A stretch of 64,000 nucleotides of DNA, from contig OZ038378.1 in assembly GCA_964036045.1 (NCBI GenBank), forward strand, positions 139,252,001-139,316,000, in the 5' to 3' direction. The position numbers and the translations under genes were made by a program. Shown here piece after piece: positions 40,926 through 53,499 of the stretch; the first letter of the stretch is position 1; the number at the start of each line of letters is the position of its first letter. This DNA comes from Eutreptiella sp. 'Long Island Sound 2002'. Its lineage: Eukaryota > Protista > Euglenida. Below the pieces are notes generated by a model that saw only the letters and a list, made by a program, of their open reading frames with translations, was not told the DNA's origin and did not search any database.

Positions 40926-42007
40926 CAGTAACCTAGTAAAAAAATTTTTTTTTGTTTTTACTAGGTTCTGAAACCTAGTAAAAACAAAAACTTTTTTTTT
41001 ACTAGGTTCTGAAACCTAGTAAAAACAAAAACTTTTTTTTTTACTAGGTTTTGAAACCTAGTAAAAAAAAAAACTTTTTTTTTTACTAGGTTCCCAATAC
41101 CTAGTAAAAAAACCTGTTACCTAGTAAACTGTTACCTAGTAAAAAAAATTTTTTTTAAAAAAAAATTTTTTACTAGGTTTCACTACAGACCCTCACTTGG
41201 TCTGTACATGGTCCCTGAGCGAGAGTATTCTGGCAGTACAAGCCGGTGGTCCAGTGGTATGTACCCTATGCTATCATCAGGGGACAAGGAATCCCAGGGG
41301 ACCAGAGACGTGTCTTTTTGTGGGCAGTAAAAACACTTCATGGTGCCAATCTGAACAACCAATATAGAAAGAAAAGGCATTATACAGTGTCCCAAAATAA
41401 ACGATACACTTAGAGTGACACCTCCAAAGCAGGTGTCCTAGAGTCCCAGAAACCCCAACAAGTCAGCTGAACGAATCGGCAAAATCACAGAACCCCCACA
41501 AATCGGCAGAACAAATCGGTGAAATTCAGAAACCCAACAAATCGGCAGAACAAATTGGCGAAATCGGCCGAATTCGGCCGCCGATTGGGGGGGGGGGGGG
41601 GGGGTTGCACCTCCCCAGCGTACCCTTTCCGGAAGCCTCTTCATGTCTGTCATGTCTGTGAATGATGGGATCCTTGGCTAGAGCCACTACAAACTACGCC
41701 CGCCTAAACCGCTCCAGCCGCTCCGTCACAGCGCCGTGCCCGCTCAAGCACGTGCCAAGGGCACCAAGTGCTGTGTGCAGTGCATCCACAATTGCTGCAT
41801 GGCCAGTCCGCAAGGTGCCCAGTTGACCCACCTTGGCCACACGGGCCACTCAATGCAGCCCCTAGGCGTCCCCACAACGCCCTAGGGCCCATTCCCACAC
41901 TCCCATGGAGGTCCACAAATAGTGGGGCAAATGTGGGGCAAAGATTGGGAGGTCTTAGCCCCAGGCGGTCCACACCGTATCCACACCGACTGCGCCGTCC
42001 CGTACCC

Positions 42008-42259
42008 TCAGCACATTCTGTGACTGTCCGATTCTGCCACTTTGCTGATCGCACTGTTCCCCACGATATACTGTGGCGCCTTACGCCCCTCCGTGGGGCC
42101 CACCTCAGCTTCACGGACCATGGCCTTTGCGAGTGTGTCGACTCTCAGCCCAATATTGAAGGCCGTCCACACTTTCTCGATGACGCGATCAGTGCTGAGG
42201 CGGTTGAGTGCTCCGGGCCGGAAGATCGTCACTTGTGGGAAGTCTTGGTCGAGCACCGC
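42008..42259 (-). CDS. HTATIP2: HTATIP2/TIP30-like NAD(P)-binding SDR, exon 3
   Basis: CAG acceptor, then AVLDQDFPQVTIFRPGALNR...VDTLAKAMV...NSAI...TGA. Phase 0. Confidence 0.85.
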   Translation of the reverse strand, partial: AVLDQDFPQVTIFRPGALNRLSTDRVIEKVWTAFNIGLRVDTLAKAMVREAEVGPTEGRKAPQYIVGNSAISKVAESDSHRMC

Positions 42260-42794
42260 CTGCAGAGGAGCGGCCGAGCGGGAGAGGCAGCCCGGGCATG
42301 TGTCGTGACGGAAGCAATGCACATGATGCGCAATTACTTTGGACCAGGTGACCACAGAGCCCGGCGCTTTAGAGAGCAACCAACGTCGGTTGGAGGGCAC
42401 TCGAGCCATAACCGTCTGCCGATATGGGAGGGGGAGGAGGGGTGAGGTGGTACATTTTGCCAGGGGATTTGGGGCGGAGGAAAGTGGGTACCCATTGCTG
42501 AAAACCATTCGCACATTTTAGTTCAAAGCGGGGGAATCCATCAACTACTGCCACCGACGGGGTCGCTCCCACCACCCCATACCAGGGGCACCGAGCAACA
42601 GAAGCCACCCGGAGGCAATGCCTGCTACCCGCCATCACCTCCAGGACCTCCGCCACGTGGGCCAGCCACCGCAACCCCCACAACAGCAGTCCTGAAACGC
42701 GGTCCTCAAGGGAAAACAAAAGTGAAACCGTGTCCTACAACACCGTTCAGGAGCCCATGCCCTGTTCCTGCCACTGGGCATGCAATGCACGGAC

Positions 42795-43031
42795 CTTCTC
42801 CTTTTGCCCAAGGGTCCGGGCATAGAGCAGTGGGTGCACCATCTCCCACGGATCGACCCAGGCATTGGCGTTGGCCCCCATGGCCGACACCACGAGCACG
42901 TGAGGCACGCCGGCCTCCTTTGCTACCTTGGCCGCCGCCTCTGTGCAGCCCACTTCCACATCCTTGAAGCCCTTGGCCCCTCCGGCAGTGGCGCGGGTTG
43001 TGCCCAGGCAATTGAACAATGCATCACGTCC
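42795..43031 (-). CDS. HTATIP2: HTATIP2/TIP30-like SDR, exon 2
   Basis: AG|GRDALFNCLGTTRATAGGAKGF...VLVVSAMGAN...YARTLGQKEK|GT. Confidence 0.9.
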
Positions 43032-43184
43032 CTGAGGGTACAATTCACGCAAACTTCCGAACTGGGGGGGCAATGTAAGCCCCCTAATGCATCGTTGCGC
43101 ACGCACCGCCAAAGTCAACAGAAACAACATTCAGAAGGGAATTCCGTGGTCAGGTGGGGGGGGGGGGGTGCCATAAAGGCTGAG

Positions 43185-43420
43185 TGAACAGTGCTCGGTG
43201 GGGGGGGGGGGTTGGCACAAGGCCTCAGTATTAGGTTGTTTGCCTTTGGCAGCGCCTATTGGCCTCTCGCCACTGCTCATTCTGACCCTCTGTGGGTCAG
43301 AACGTGATTGGGTTGTGTCAACGGAGCCCCTGGATGACTTGTCCTGTTTGACTACTCCAGGGTCGGCTGTCCCAGAGAGGGGCTGTTGCCCGTGCCGTTG
43401 ACCAGGTGCATCCAGATGCA
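43185..43420. repeat. Hairpin-rich interspersed repeat-like segment in intron 1
   Basis: Stems TTCTGACCC/GGGTCAGAA and GTGCATC/GATGCAC. Single copy in this window. Confidence 0.3.
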
Positions 43421-44403
43421 CACTCCAAGTCCATGCCGGGTTTGCCGGCTCCAGCACTGACTTGTGCGCGTGGGGGGGAGGGGGGGGGTGGTCAAAATGG
43501 AAAAATTTATTGGGTGATTGGAAATGTTATCCTTCAAAACAATGATTGTACAAAAGGCGAAACATCTGATTTCACAACGGGCTATGCTGCACGAAGACCC
43601 CCCCAGGTGCTCCCGCCTGCACTTGATCTAACAACCTCTTCGAGATGTTTTTCGATTTTTGAACCCCCAACACCCCGCCCCAACCCGGAAAAACACGGTG
43701 CCCAGCCACATGGGGGTGGCTGAGGGGTCACAATCGGAAAATTTCATCGGGAGATAATGTGGTCCCCAAAATGATGATTTTACAAGGGGTTGCACATGCT
43801 ACGCATAAACCATACAAAAATCGGGGGTGTTTGGAGCTTGTGCCTGCGCTTGATCTAAGAACCCTCTTCGAGGTGATTCTACGGGCCACCATCGGGGCCC
43901 AAGTTGGTCGTTCCGCATCGCTAACCATTGATGTGGGATGGGGGTCCGGCCCCCCACATTCCCAGTCAAAAAACAGGGGGATTGGCGTGCCAAAGTGCAC
44001 TTCTGGTGGCCAAACACAAAGCTTGACGTTTATTTCCCGTTGTAGAGCCCAAAACGGCTGAATTAGCGCTTGGCACTGAGGACGTCCACAGTTGTGGGTT
44101 AGGATTCCCTTCACGCAACCCCCCAATGACTGCCAGATTTCTGACGGGTACCTCTTGTTGATCCTGGCCCTGGGAAGCTGGCAGAGCCCTTTTGCCAGAT
44201 GGTATTCGTGAAAGTACTTGGAATCAAGGTCAGGCCCCTGGCGACGCCCTTCCGACCACCCAAGTTTACTCACCAAGGCCTCGGTCATCTTACTGCCACC
44301 GCCAGTGCTCTTTAGCCAAGGGTCGTCCTCTCCCAACATCCGGTGATTCCAGTACCATACAGTAGCTGTGGTGTGCATCACAGCAGCAACAACATGGACA
44401 CAC

Positions 44404-44664
44404 CTTCCAGGCTTGCAGAGTGCTGCGCAGGTCCTCCGCGAAGTTGCGCACCACCACCTCCTTCAGCTTGGCAGGCAGCTCTCCGTCATAGTACACTCCA
44501 GCCCCCGGCCGTCGGACCACTGTTAGGACCTCTGTCCATTGGTCGTTCGCCAGCAGCTCCTTGATGACCTGCCGCCCTGTGGCCCCAGTGGCACCCACAA
44601 CCACGGCCTTCCTGCCCCCAGAAAGGGAAGGAGCCACTTCCACAAGTGACGGGCTGTCAGACAT
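44404..44664 (-). CDS. HTATIP2: HTATIP2/TIP30-like SDR, exon 1
   Basis: Rossmann motif AVVVGATGATG...VLTVVRRP and a GT donor after QAWK. The three exons join in frame to 249 aa. Confidence 0.9.
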
Positions 44665-45107
44665 GGGCTGTGCAAGAAAGGTGGTGCAGGGCTTGGTGTG
44701 ACAGGTGCAGGCAGTGCTATACTTGAATGGGGGGGACTGCCATGACGTCAGGTTTTTGAAATAAACAGCATGATCCTGACCTCATGCCAGACTCAATCAG
44801 TTCGCTTGCTCTCCGTTCTGCTGCACTGCAGCACGCCCAAACCAGTACCAAATGTTGCCTTGAGTTTGCCCGAGGGCTAGCGAATGTATCTTGGGCTGGT
44901 CTGGGTCAGCTGGGGGAACAAGGGGTGTGGGTTTAGACCCAGAGGGGGAACCTTTGCCAACCAAGCGTCTTCAGCAACGACAAAGTTGAACAGCATCCCA
45001 CATACAAATTGTTGCAGAAAGGACATGTCATACACAGCTGAACAGTCGGAAAAAGGAGAATATACGGTAGCATACAACTTACTCAGAACCAGAATCAGAC
45101 TATGAGT

Positions 45108-45109
45108 TG

Positions 45110-45143
<34 letters not shown>

Positions 45144-45195
45144 CTGATGATGATGATGATGATGATGATGATGACAATGATGATGATGATGATGT
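45108..45195. repeat. Compound (CTG)n-(GAT)n microsatellite
   Basis: Direct reading. Confidence 0.97.
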
Positions 45196-45459
45196 GAGAG
45201 ATGCCTAACACATAGACATTCAGCATCCTCTGCAAAAATACCCGCTTTTTCGTATTTGTCAAATTCTTTGTTTTACAACACCTTTGTCCTTCCTTGGAGC
45301 CTTAATTGTACAAACGCGGTGCTTTTTCCGCGACAAATTAACAACGGAGTTCAAATGATAATGAAGCCAATGCCCCACATCCCTACAGACAACAAGAAGA
45401 TGCCCCCAAACAGGAATTGCCAAACTCCTACTTTCACAATTGCTGATCCGATTCAGCAG

Positions 45460-46030
45460 AGAAAACAACCACTCTCATCAATACTACTAGGGCACAATGC
45501 CATACAACACAGTAAGTAATGCTCCCTAGCAATGGGGTAGTGTATTGAAGGAGATCCATTGCCCACCGATCCACAGCAATGTGGCGGTGCATTAAAGGAG
45601 ATCCACTGCCCACTGTTTCCCATGAGTGTAGCAGTGTATTGAAGGAGATCCACTGCCCACTGCTCCGCAACGGTGAGGCAACGTACTGAAGGATATCCAC
45701 AGCTCAGTGCTCAGCCCAATGCTCAGCCGCAGTGTGGCGGTGTGTTAAAGGATATCCACTACCCATTGCTCTCCAGCAGTGGGGCGGTGTATTGAAGGAG
45801 ATCCACTCCTTAGTGCTCCCCAATAGCGGGGCGGTGTACCGAAGGAGATCCATCGCCGACTGCGCCCCGGCACAGAGGCGGTGTACTTCAAGAGACCCAC
45901 TGACCACTTCTCCTCGGCAGTGAGGCGGTGTGCAAAGGGAGATCTACTGCCCACTGCTGCCCATCAATGAGGCAGGGCACGAGGGGTCAATGCCCACTGA
46001 GCCCTACCATTGAGGCAGTGTACCAAAGGC
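45460..46030. repeat. ~47-bp minisatellite, ~11 diverged units
   Basis: Core GTATTGAAGGAGATCCA(C/T)TGCCCA recurs at ~45541, 45590, 45636 and onward. Confidence 0.9.
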
Positions 46031-46299
46031 TATCCCCCGCATGCGTCTTTGGTGCTGACTTGGAGGTAGTATTGGGTGGGGTGATGCACATGAGATAAAG
46101 CAACAAGACCAACAAGGCCAATCAAACTTTGCCACAACAAGCCCCTCATTGAGTGAATGCAAGTCACATCTCTTTCTTGGAGGAATTGTGGGTGGGTGGT
46201 TCCATTCTATGGCAGTGAAAGTGTTGTAATATATACAGTGTGCAGGCGACAGACGCCGTGGTACTACCCAATAACCTCAATTCTGCCCAACATGCACTT

Positions 46300-48420
46300 T
46301 TTTGTTAGCTGACAAAGTGGCACCCCCCCCTCCCCCCCCCGTATCCTTTACCGAAGGTCCACCAAGTGTCCATCGAGAGCACAAATAGCAAGTCATGGGT
46401 CAGTGACGGGGCCAGCTTTGAATGTGGGTTAGGTATCACCTACCCTCACCAAGACGGCTGTGGCGGAGTGGTTGGAGGAACGAGTCTAGCGCCTTGCCCC
46501 ACCCTTGTCGCCCCGTTTGCACGGGTGTGCACGTCCTCTCAGACCTCTCAGGGGTGTTAAAATCGAGTCAAGATAATGACATCGCCCATGTCCTCGGGCA
46601 GGATCTCCAGATCCCGAAGGCACTTCATGTGCCATGCAGTGGTCTCACGGACGTCCCATCGGGGTTTGACAAAGTAGTCCGCCGTAAGGCAGTCAGGGTC
46701 ACTGCGTGCACCTGAGACATATGCCGCCTCTCGGACGCTTCGTCCGCGTGGATGTTAGAGGATCGCAAACGATGTGCCTGCTCCCAACACGAGGATGCCG
46801 CGGTGAGCTTGCGCGACTCCTTGGACTGCGCCTCGGGGAAGACTGCCGTGCGCCACTAGCGGAATCGCAGTCGGTGAGAGTCCGCCATCCAAGACAATAG
46901 GTAGACCGCATGCTGCGCCTCTACATGCCACCGCGACGTTTGTTCCTTGTAGAGGAAATATGTTTGCCGGCACAAGTGTTTGTGGTGTTGCGCCAATAAG
47001 AGGGACTTCTAGGCGGTGACCCATCGGGCGAGTGCCTGCGCCACCTCTTCTAGGCAGAGTCGTGCAGCTTGCGTTTGGGCGTGTAGCATAGCTAGCCTTG
47101 GCTGTTCCAAGAAAGGTCTAGCATGGATTTCACGAGGCTCTCACGGCGGTGAGGCTGGTGTCGGTGCCGGTGGCGGCAACGGCTCTCTGTGCCGTTTGCG
47201 CGGGGGTGCTACATGGCGATGTCGGGCCATGGGATGCCGGACCCATGTGCGCTCTGCGGCGGTGGCTATATGTGTCAATTGCTATCGAAGTTCCTCCACC
47301 GTGGGTGCGGTACCTGTGAAACGAGGCTTTGACAGCGGCGGGATCGACAGGACCCCTCTAACGTGGTTCCAGATGTTGCGGGCCGTAGGTTTAGCGACCT
47401 TCGGCGGGGCCCCGTTTACAGGCGGGACAATGTGTGTGGGCCGCTTGTTGGTGATGAAAGGTGGGGCGTGTTGCAATTTGTCAAAGACCCACGCCTGCGA
47501 AGTTGGAACACTTGGAAGTGCCATGTGGCAACTACCACCCTTCAGTGCGCCTGTACTGGAAGGAAGGATTGCTGAAGGGAAAGCGGGAGCTGCAAGTGGG
47601 TGGACATGCGCAGTTCTTCGGTGGACGCTGTTTACCGCCACTTGATTGAAGCCGAAGCTGGCGATGGCCGCCACCCAAATCCAAAGCACTCAGTTCAACA
47701 CCAATGACCTGTGCAAATCAATCAGTAAGTAGAAGTGAGAAGCAACTAGAGTCTCCGAGGGCCAAACTTCTCTCAACTCCCTCGATTAAATCCTCCACGT
47801 GAAGGCCACAACATGAATCTCAAAACCTCAGATATATGCAAAAGAAACCAAAAGCGGAAAGAGAACATCCGAAGGACGGACTAAAGTACAGACCGGCCAT
47901 GAATCAAAAAGCTCAGCCCATTGACTGACGTGAATCAAATTGTAGGGGCCTGTACCCAACCGTGCCAGCACAAAGGGAATCGTACACGACAGAAACAGCG
48001 GGGGCCCAACACCGTTGACCTAAAACCTCCGACCTCATGACACTTAGCTTCAAAACTTGAACTTTGAGCGAGTTGGCACTTGGATTGTCCAAAGGTCGTA
48101 GTAGGCATGAATGCCCTCTTTTACCTCACGTGAAGTTGCCAAGTCCAAACAACGGATGCAGAGCACTCGGAGCACATAGCAAACCAATCTTGCCAATCTG
48201 TCAACTTGTTCAAGCTGGCAGTTACGGCTGCGCACGTAGTTGGTAGAACCGCTTTCACATGTGACCGGAACAACATCGACCACAAAACTGACCAGGTCCC
48301 TACATGAAAGTCGCTCGGCGTCAAGGATTGCACATCGCTGTACATGTTCGTGGGCTTTCAGTTCCTGTTTGCGACCAGATGTATCATGCAACTTCTGCAA
48401 CAAAACAAACGGACAAATCA
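46300..48420 (-). mobile_element. Old degenerate Penelope-like fragment (GIY-YIG-like, linker, DK motif)
   Basis: EGIHAYYDL, SKPRFTGTAPTVEEL, VACRGAAC and LEILPEDMGDVIIL follow the order seen in the 53628-55385 ORF. Many stops. Confidence 0.4.
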
Positions 48421-48439
48421 CAAAGAAACTAGGCGCCTA

Positions 48440-48800
48440 ATGTGAAGTCATGTGAATGTAGTCGTCGGATTCCTCGTGAGTTACCACAGACTAACTCCGT
48501 GAGCGAGTTGTTGGCCGCCCTAGACGGTGCCAAATCGTTTTGCTCTTCTACCAAAGTTGTTTTGGTCACTGACTCTACGTATGTACGGAATGGTTTCTCC
48601 TCGGTTCACAAATGGAAGGTCAACGGATGGGTATTTCCATCAAGTCAGCAGGTGGCTCACCGTGAGTTACGGGAGGGAGCCCTTTAGATTTTGGACGCTA
48701 TGCGACCTCGGTTCTGGTTCTAGGTTCTGTGGTGCCCGTCACACGAGGGAATCCCTAGTAATGAGCGCGCTAACGATTTAGCGGAAAACGGCTCTGTGGT
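48440..48800 (+). pseudogene. RNase H domain fragment
   Basis: QTNSVSELLAAL...VLVTDSTYVRNGF...WKVNGW...VAHREL...VLWCPSHEGIPSNERANDLA in one frame, with TAGs at 48685 and 48721. Confidence 0.85.
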
Positions 48801-49399
48801 TGCCGAGGCTGAGGTTCGCTGGGGGGCCTCTTCAACGACTCCGGTTCCCTGGCAGGTTGTAGACTTCTATTCCCCAGGTCATGACCGTCGCCCGCCATTG
48901 CGGGAGGAGGGTGGTAAGTGTCGTCGTCTATTGTTTTAACTGGATGCCATGTGGTGCGAGACACCAATCGGTGCGAGTCTAGCCCCAACCCCCTATCCTG
49001 ACAGTGTTGCCATACACATACATCTCTTTCGACGACCTAGCCGTTTACACAACCATGAAACCCTCCTGAACAAGGTGTTCAATCCGAAACATGACCACCG
49101 AAACCGCCACTCATGTACGCTCTAGATGCCTGTCCCGTTGAGGCAGAAACGGGGCGGAACTACAGTTCCCCACAACAACCGAAGGAAGAACACAGCATGC
49201 AGGGCACACAGGGCCGCAATACAACATGACAATACTACTGAACCATACAGTCTCGCATCGTGTATATAGTAGGCTAAAAATTGTAAAGCCGAACCGAAAA
49301 AATACATATGCTTAAATACTATACTCACACACAATACATCTCACTTCTTGCCAGCACTCCTGACACGACCCGGGAAGGGGGCCACACCAGCTTTTGGCT

Positions 49400-51251
49400 T
49401 GACCTTACCAATGGACCCTTGGCGTCCTTCTGTTGCCGTCCCTCTTTCTTCTTCATTTTCTTATTCTTTCCTACCTCCTAGACCTCTGACTCAGACTCCT
49501 CCTCGCGTTTGACTTTGCGGGGGTGTGGTCTTCTTTGGTGGTGTGGATTCCGGCTCCTCCTTTGGAACTAGGTCCCGATCATCGTCGACCTCATGCTATG
49601 GCTTATGCATACCCACAAGCACACCACTTAGCAAGCCGCTGTACCACTCTTTCCACTTGACTACATAAAGCTCGCCACTAGCATACATAGCGTGGACTTG
49701 TTCGATATAGTCTTTCAACTCTGTCTTGGGGCCTGTGAACAACACTCCAACATTGACAAGTTACGGCAGTGCACTGCAGTGAAAAGGGAGACCAGGCAGA
49801 CAAGTGCAAATCACAATTGAGACCAGGTCACCATGCACTTCAGAGTTCTCCCCGTCAGGCTGCCTAGGGCACATACCAAAACATTTCAGCACAACACAGA
49901 GCAGGCCAACCGTCGTCGGGGACTTGACTACACCCTGATCAACATTCAAGTAATTAGGCACCTTCACAGGGAACTTTTACAGAAACCCGACAAAAGCTTG
50001 AATTTTTCTTCCATTTATAGTAATCCTGTGTACTGCCAAAGTCATACACGCTGATCGTCAGCCACTGCCAACCATCACAGGACTGAGATCTACTCACTAC
50101 TGTCTGAGCTGCCTTGCCTTCGACCGCACGACCCATAAGACAAATAGGACTACCAGCCCAAAGTCGCCGGTGAATCGGTGGGTGCACGTAAAACTCCTGC
50201 ACTTGTTGTGGCTCAACAAATGTTTGCAGGACAAAAACAGGCCTTTTCAAGCACTGACGAGGCAGGTTCGGCTCCCAGAAAGAGCGAAAGCTCATTAAGT
50301 TTGTAAAGGATCCAAATATGCACCAGGGAAGTAGCATTGTGACACACTACAAAGCACAACATTTGAAAGCAACAGTTCGTGAAGGCCCCCAGCAATGCCC
50401 GCTTCAGCTTCCGGCGAACATCACTTGTGGTCCCTTGATCGATTGCCCATCACACCAAATCTATCGTTCAACGTGCATCGTGTGTACAACCTCGTTAGTG
50501 GTTAACTTAGGCTCCCGCAAAGGTCTTGCCAGAATGCTCTGGAAGCGGCTCCATTCCGCTCCTTCCCAAATTGGCACTCTCTTGATTGATTCCAAGGGTG
50601 CGCGGTCGTCCTCGTGCTGCGTTGTCCATCTTCCCAGATGACATACCACCGCTACCGGTCCCAATGGGCGCCGCACCTTCACCATTTCCTTAGGTGTTCC
50701 TAGTATCACAACAGGGGGGGGGGGTATGATGACTGCACCAGACGTCTTCGAGAATGTTAGGGGAGTTGCACACAAATTTCTACTGGGATGCAGCAATAGG
50801 TTCTCAGTATGCATGAAAACCAGCTTCCACTGCCTCTCACGCTTCAGGCGTCTCACAAGCTTTGCCAGGCCTACCGCTGATGGACTGTCGGACCAAGATA
50901 CGTGCAAATCTCCTCTGCCTGATCCCGGTACAGCCCCAAGGTGCACTTCAGGCCTGTGATTGTCAAGTCTTAGAAATGCAGTCAACACAATTGAGCCATG
51001 GGTCATTTAAATGCGAAAGGGTTGAAGAAGGGGGCCTGGAATGCCTTCTTTTTTCTTTTCGGTGTACGACCAGCGCTAGAGGTGTTCGATTGTCAGTATG
51101 CTTGACCAATTGATACAGCGGCTTCCAGGTCCTCCAGACACCATCGTATTAGGCACATAAGCCATAGCGTAAGCCACAGAGCTGCATAGATGACCGGGCT
51201 CCGCTTTTGGGGGGGGCATACCATGGTGACCTTCCCTTTGATGAGGCATGC
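49400..51251 (-). mobile_element. C-terminal part of unassigned DDE-like element (copy 2), left of the Penelope-like insertion
   Basis: GLAKLVRRLKRERQWKLVFM, KRVPIWEGAEWSRFQSILARP and KVPNYLNVDQG align by eye to GLARLCCGLKKDRAWEIIWM, KCPLWSAEACKAVRTALSKP and KVSNYINIDQG at 29600-30750. Confidence 0.7.
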
Positions 51252-53071
51252 CTTCCGAACTGCCATGTACAATGCCTCAGCGTGCCTGTACCCTTAGCTT
51301 TGTCACACTTAATATCTTGGATCAGCGCCACCTGATCGCGGGGTTCATTGAGCCTGCTCGGGAATTTTTCCGGGAGCATAATATCCCTGTTGGTGCGGGA
51401 GAGCTCGACCTCTCACGCATGTTCCCCTCCCTAAAACGTGATCGCATCATCGACGCCCATAAACGCCTGGCGGCACGCTACGCTAAAATGTGCCACCTAC
51501 ACCGAGGCACAAAGGAACTGCATTTTTCCGTTGCCAGAACCAAGGACAAAAAACTTGATGCCATTGGGATAAAAGGCACCAATTGTTGGCGCGTCTTCTC
51601 CATGTCGGAGGCACGTGATATCATCTTTGCCGACCTTTTTCTCAACGACTTTTTCTGCATGGGGGACACATGTAACCGACAGTGCGAAGGGGCCGCTATC
51701 GGCGGATACCTCTCCGCCCAAAACGCCGACATCACTCTGATGGCGGCCGAGGCGGACGTGCCCTGGGGATCCACACTACCGTCCCGTGTCAAGGTCGCAC
51801 GCTTTCGTGACAACATCATGTTTTTCTGTCCACTACCTGAAGTGCAGTTCTAGGCCCGTCAGCTCACCCTGTTCCTCCAAGACATCTATCATATGGAACT
51901 GGATGTGGAACAACTGGGTAGGAGTGTCACCTTCCTAGAAGTCCAGATCGAGTGTCGTGGCTGCGACATTCATTATGGCCTGAAGAATAAAGTCCTTCTA
52001 GGTCACATGACTACCCAGCCCACTATAAAACGTTACCCCCATCCGGGTGGCGACCTGGCCTCCTTTACTGTGCGCGGTATGGCCCACGCTATTGCCCTAA
52101 AGTCCCTGCAGATTGCCAGCTCACCAGCCTGGGTTGAATCGAACTTTGCGCAGTCATTTTGGGAACTGTCGCAGCTCTACCCCACGTCATGGTGGGAGGA
52201 GTTACTGAGACAACAATATCGCAAAGCCCAGGGCGTCGTCCCCTGGACAACACTTAAGGAGCAGCTCCTGTGGTTTGCGCCCGTGCCACCAAAGTTTGTG
52301 TTACTCCACCCTGATGCACCCCTGCCGACGATACCCTTGAGAACGTTTGATACTGCCTGCTTGCGCACGCACATGCACGCATCCGTTCCTCTGTTGGGTC
52401 TGAGGGATGTGTACGATGCACCCGACATCTATGTCCCCCCCGACTATTGTACCTCACGACCCCAGCATGTCTGCCGTATACCTAAGATCCGTCGGCCCCC
52501 CCCAGAGCGACCCCGTACCCCTGAAGCGCCGCGCTCACGCCGGCGAAGACCTGTATCTGATGCTACCCCTGCAGCACAGCCCTCCATCTCTGCACACGCC
52601 TGGGGATCATTGTGGCACCGGATTAGTGCCTTCCTGAACCCCCTCCCGGCGCAACGCCTTGCGCTCACCTGTCGCTTTGCATTACTGTGTGGCGCGGACG
52701 CCCTCCCTGGACATCAGCGCCTGTCCCAGGATGACCCCAGCCTGCCTCACCTTGCCCCCCTGTACTGGCGCCTCTCCACCCTTGCCCGCCGGGTATTTTC
52801 TGTCATCTCATACCACACAGTACTCGCCTCCATTCACGCCCTGCATCGCAGTGTACCCTGTGAGCTCCTCCACATCGTCAGCCAGTACGCCTCCGCCCAT
52901 GTGCCATGTCACCCCATGATCCTGTACCTGCCCCTGCCCCCACCCCCCTCCAAGAAACGCCCCCGAGTCCCACCACGGGAGCTGCAGCACATAAACCTGG
53001 ATCTGGTCCTCCCCACTAGACGCAGGTCTCAGGCCCCCGACCCCCCGGGGGCGCTGAACAGGACTATGTGA
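51248..53071 (+). pseudogene. Penelope-like reverse transcriptase core and C-terminal tail
   Basis: GELDLSRMFPSL (motif A), QCEGAAIGGYLSAQNAD (motif B), ARFRDNI (motif C), SVTFLEVQI. A single in-frame TAG at 51851 joins the two track ORFs. Confidence 0.88.
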
Positions 53072-53499
53072 CTGTGTCGCGCATGCGACCAGTTGCGCCA
53101 GAAAAAAGCCGCAGATCCCGAAGTTGCCTGTTCCAAATTTGATTTGAGAAATGCTCTTCTGTTTCTGTCAATGAAAATTCTATTTTCTGGTCTCTTTTTC
53201 TTTAATAGTGCTTGTTTGATCATTTGCGCTGTTTACGGCGTCCTTTTCCACTATGATAGGCAACATGCTCTTTCCTATGTTGATCTGATTGTGTGCAAAA
53301 CTGTCCGCGACCTGCTAGTACTTGGATAATGAAGGAATGTCACGAAAATCGGGACCACGTGTGTTCTGTTGAGTAATGCAACGTCAAGAGACACTGTCAC
53401 TTGTATTTGCGCACAACGCTCGCATGCAGGTTCATGGCCATCTGAAGAGTGCTTTCTTCTGTGTCTTCGTTTGCTCACGCCGCCTAGCTTCGCTAGAAT
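52633..53499 (+). repeat. 867-bp terminal repeat (pseudo-LTR), copy 1
   Basis: Inverted copy of 57727-58593. I saw two mismatches. Confidence 0.95.

Larger units (their letters stand above)
39802..41183. mobile_element. Foldback-like element with CCTAGTAAAA/TTTTACTAGG palindromic arrays
   Basis: Perfect 13-bp terminal inverted repeat GTGAAACCTAGTA. Many short hairpins at 39805-39975 and 40925-41183. No clear TSD. Confidence 0.65.

Noticed and set aside
45460-46030. CRISPR-like array
   Set aside because: The variable parts are homologous to each other and only ~22 bp, the context is eukaryotic, and there are no cas genes. It is a minisatellite.
49800-51246. GIY-YIG/linker region belonging to the plus-strand RT
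   Set aside because: The minus strand here is clearly homologous to 29600-30750, so this is host-element sequence and the RT segment starts at ~51247.
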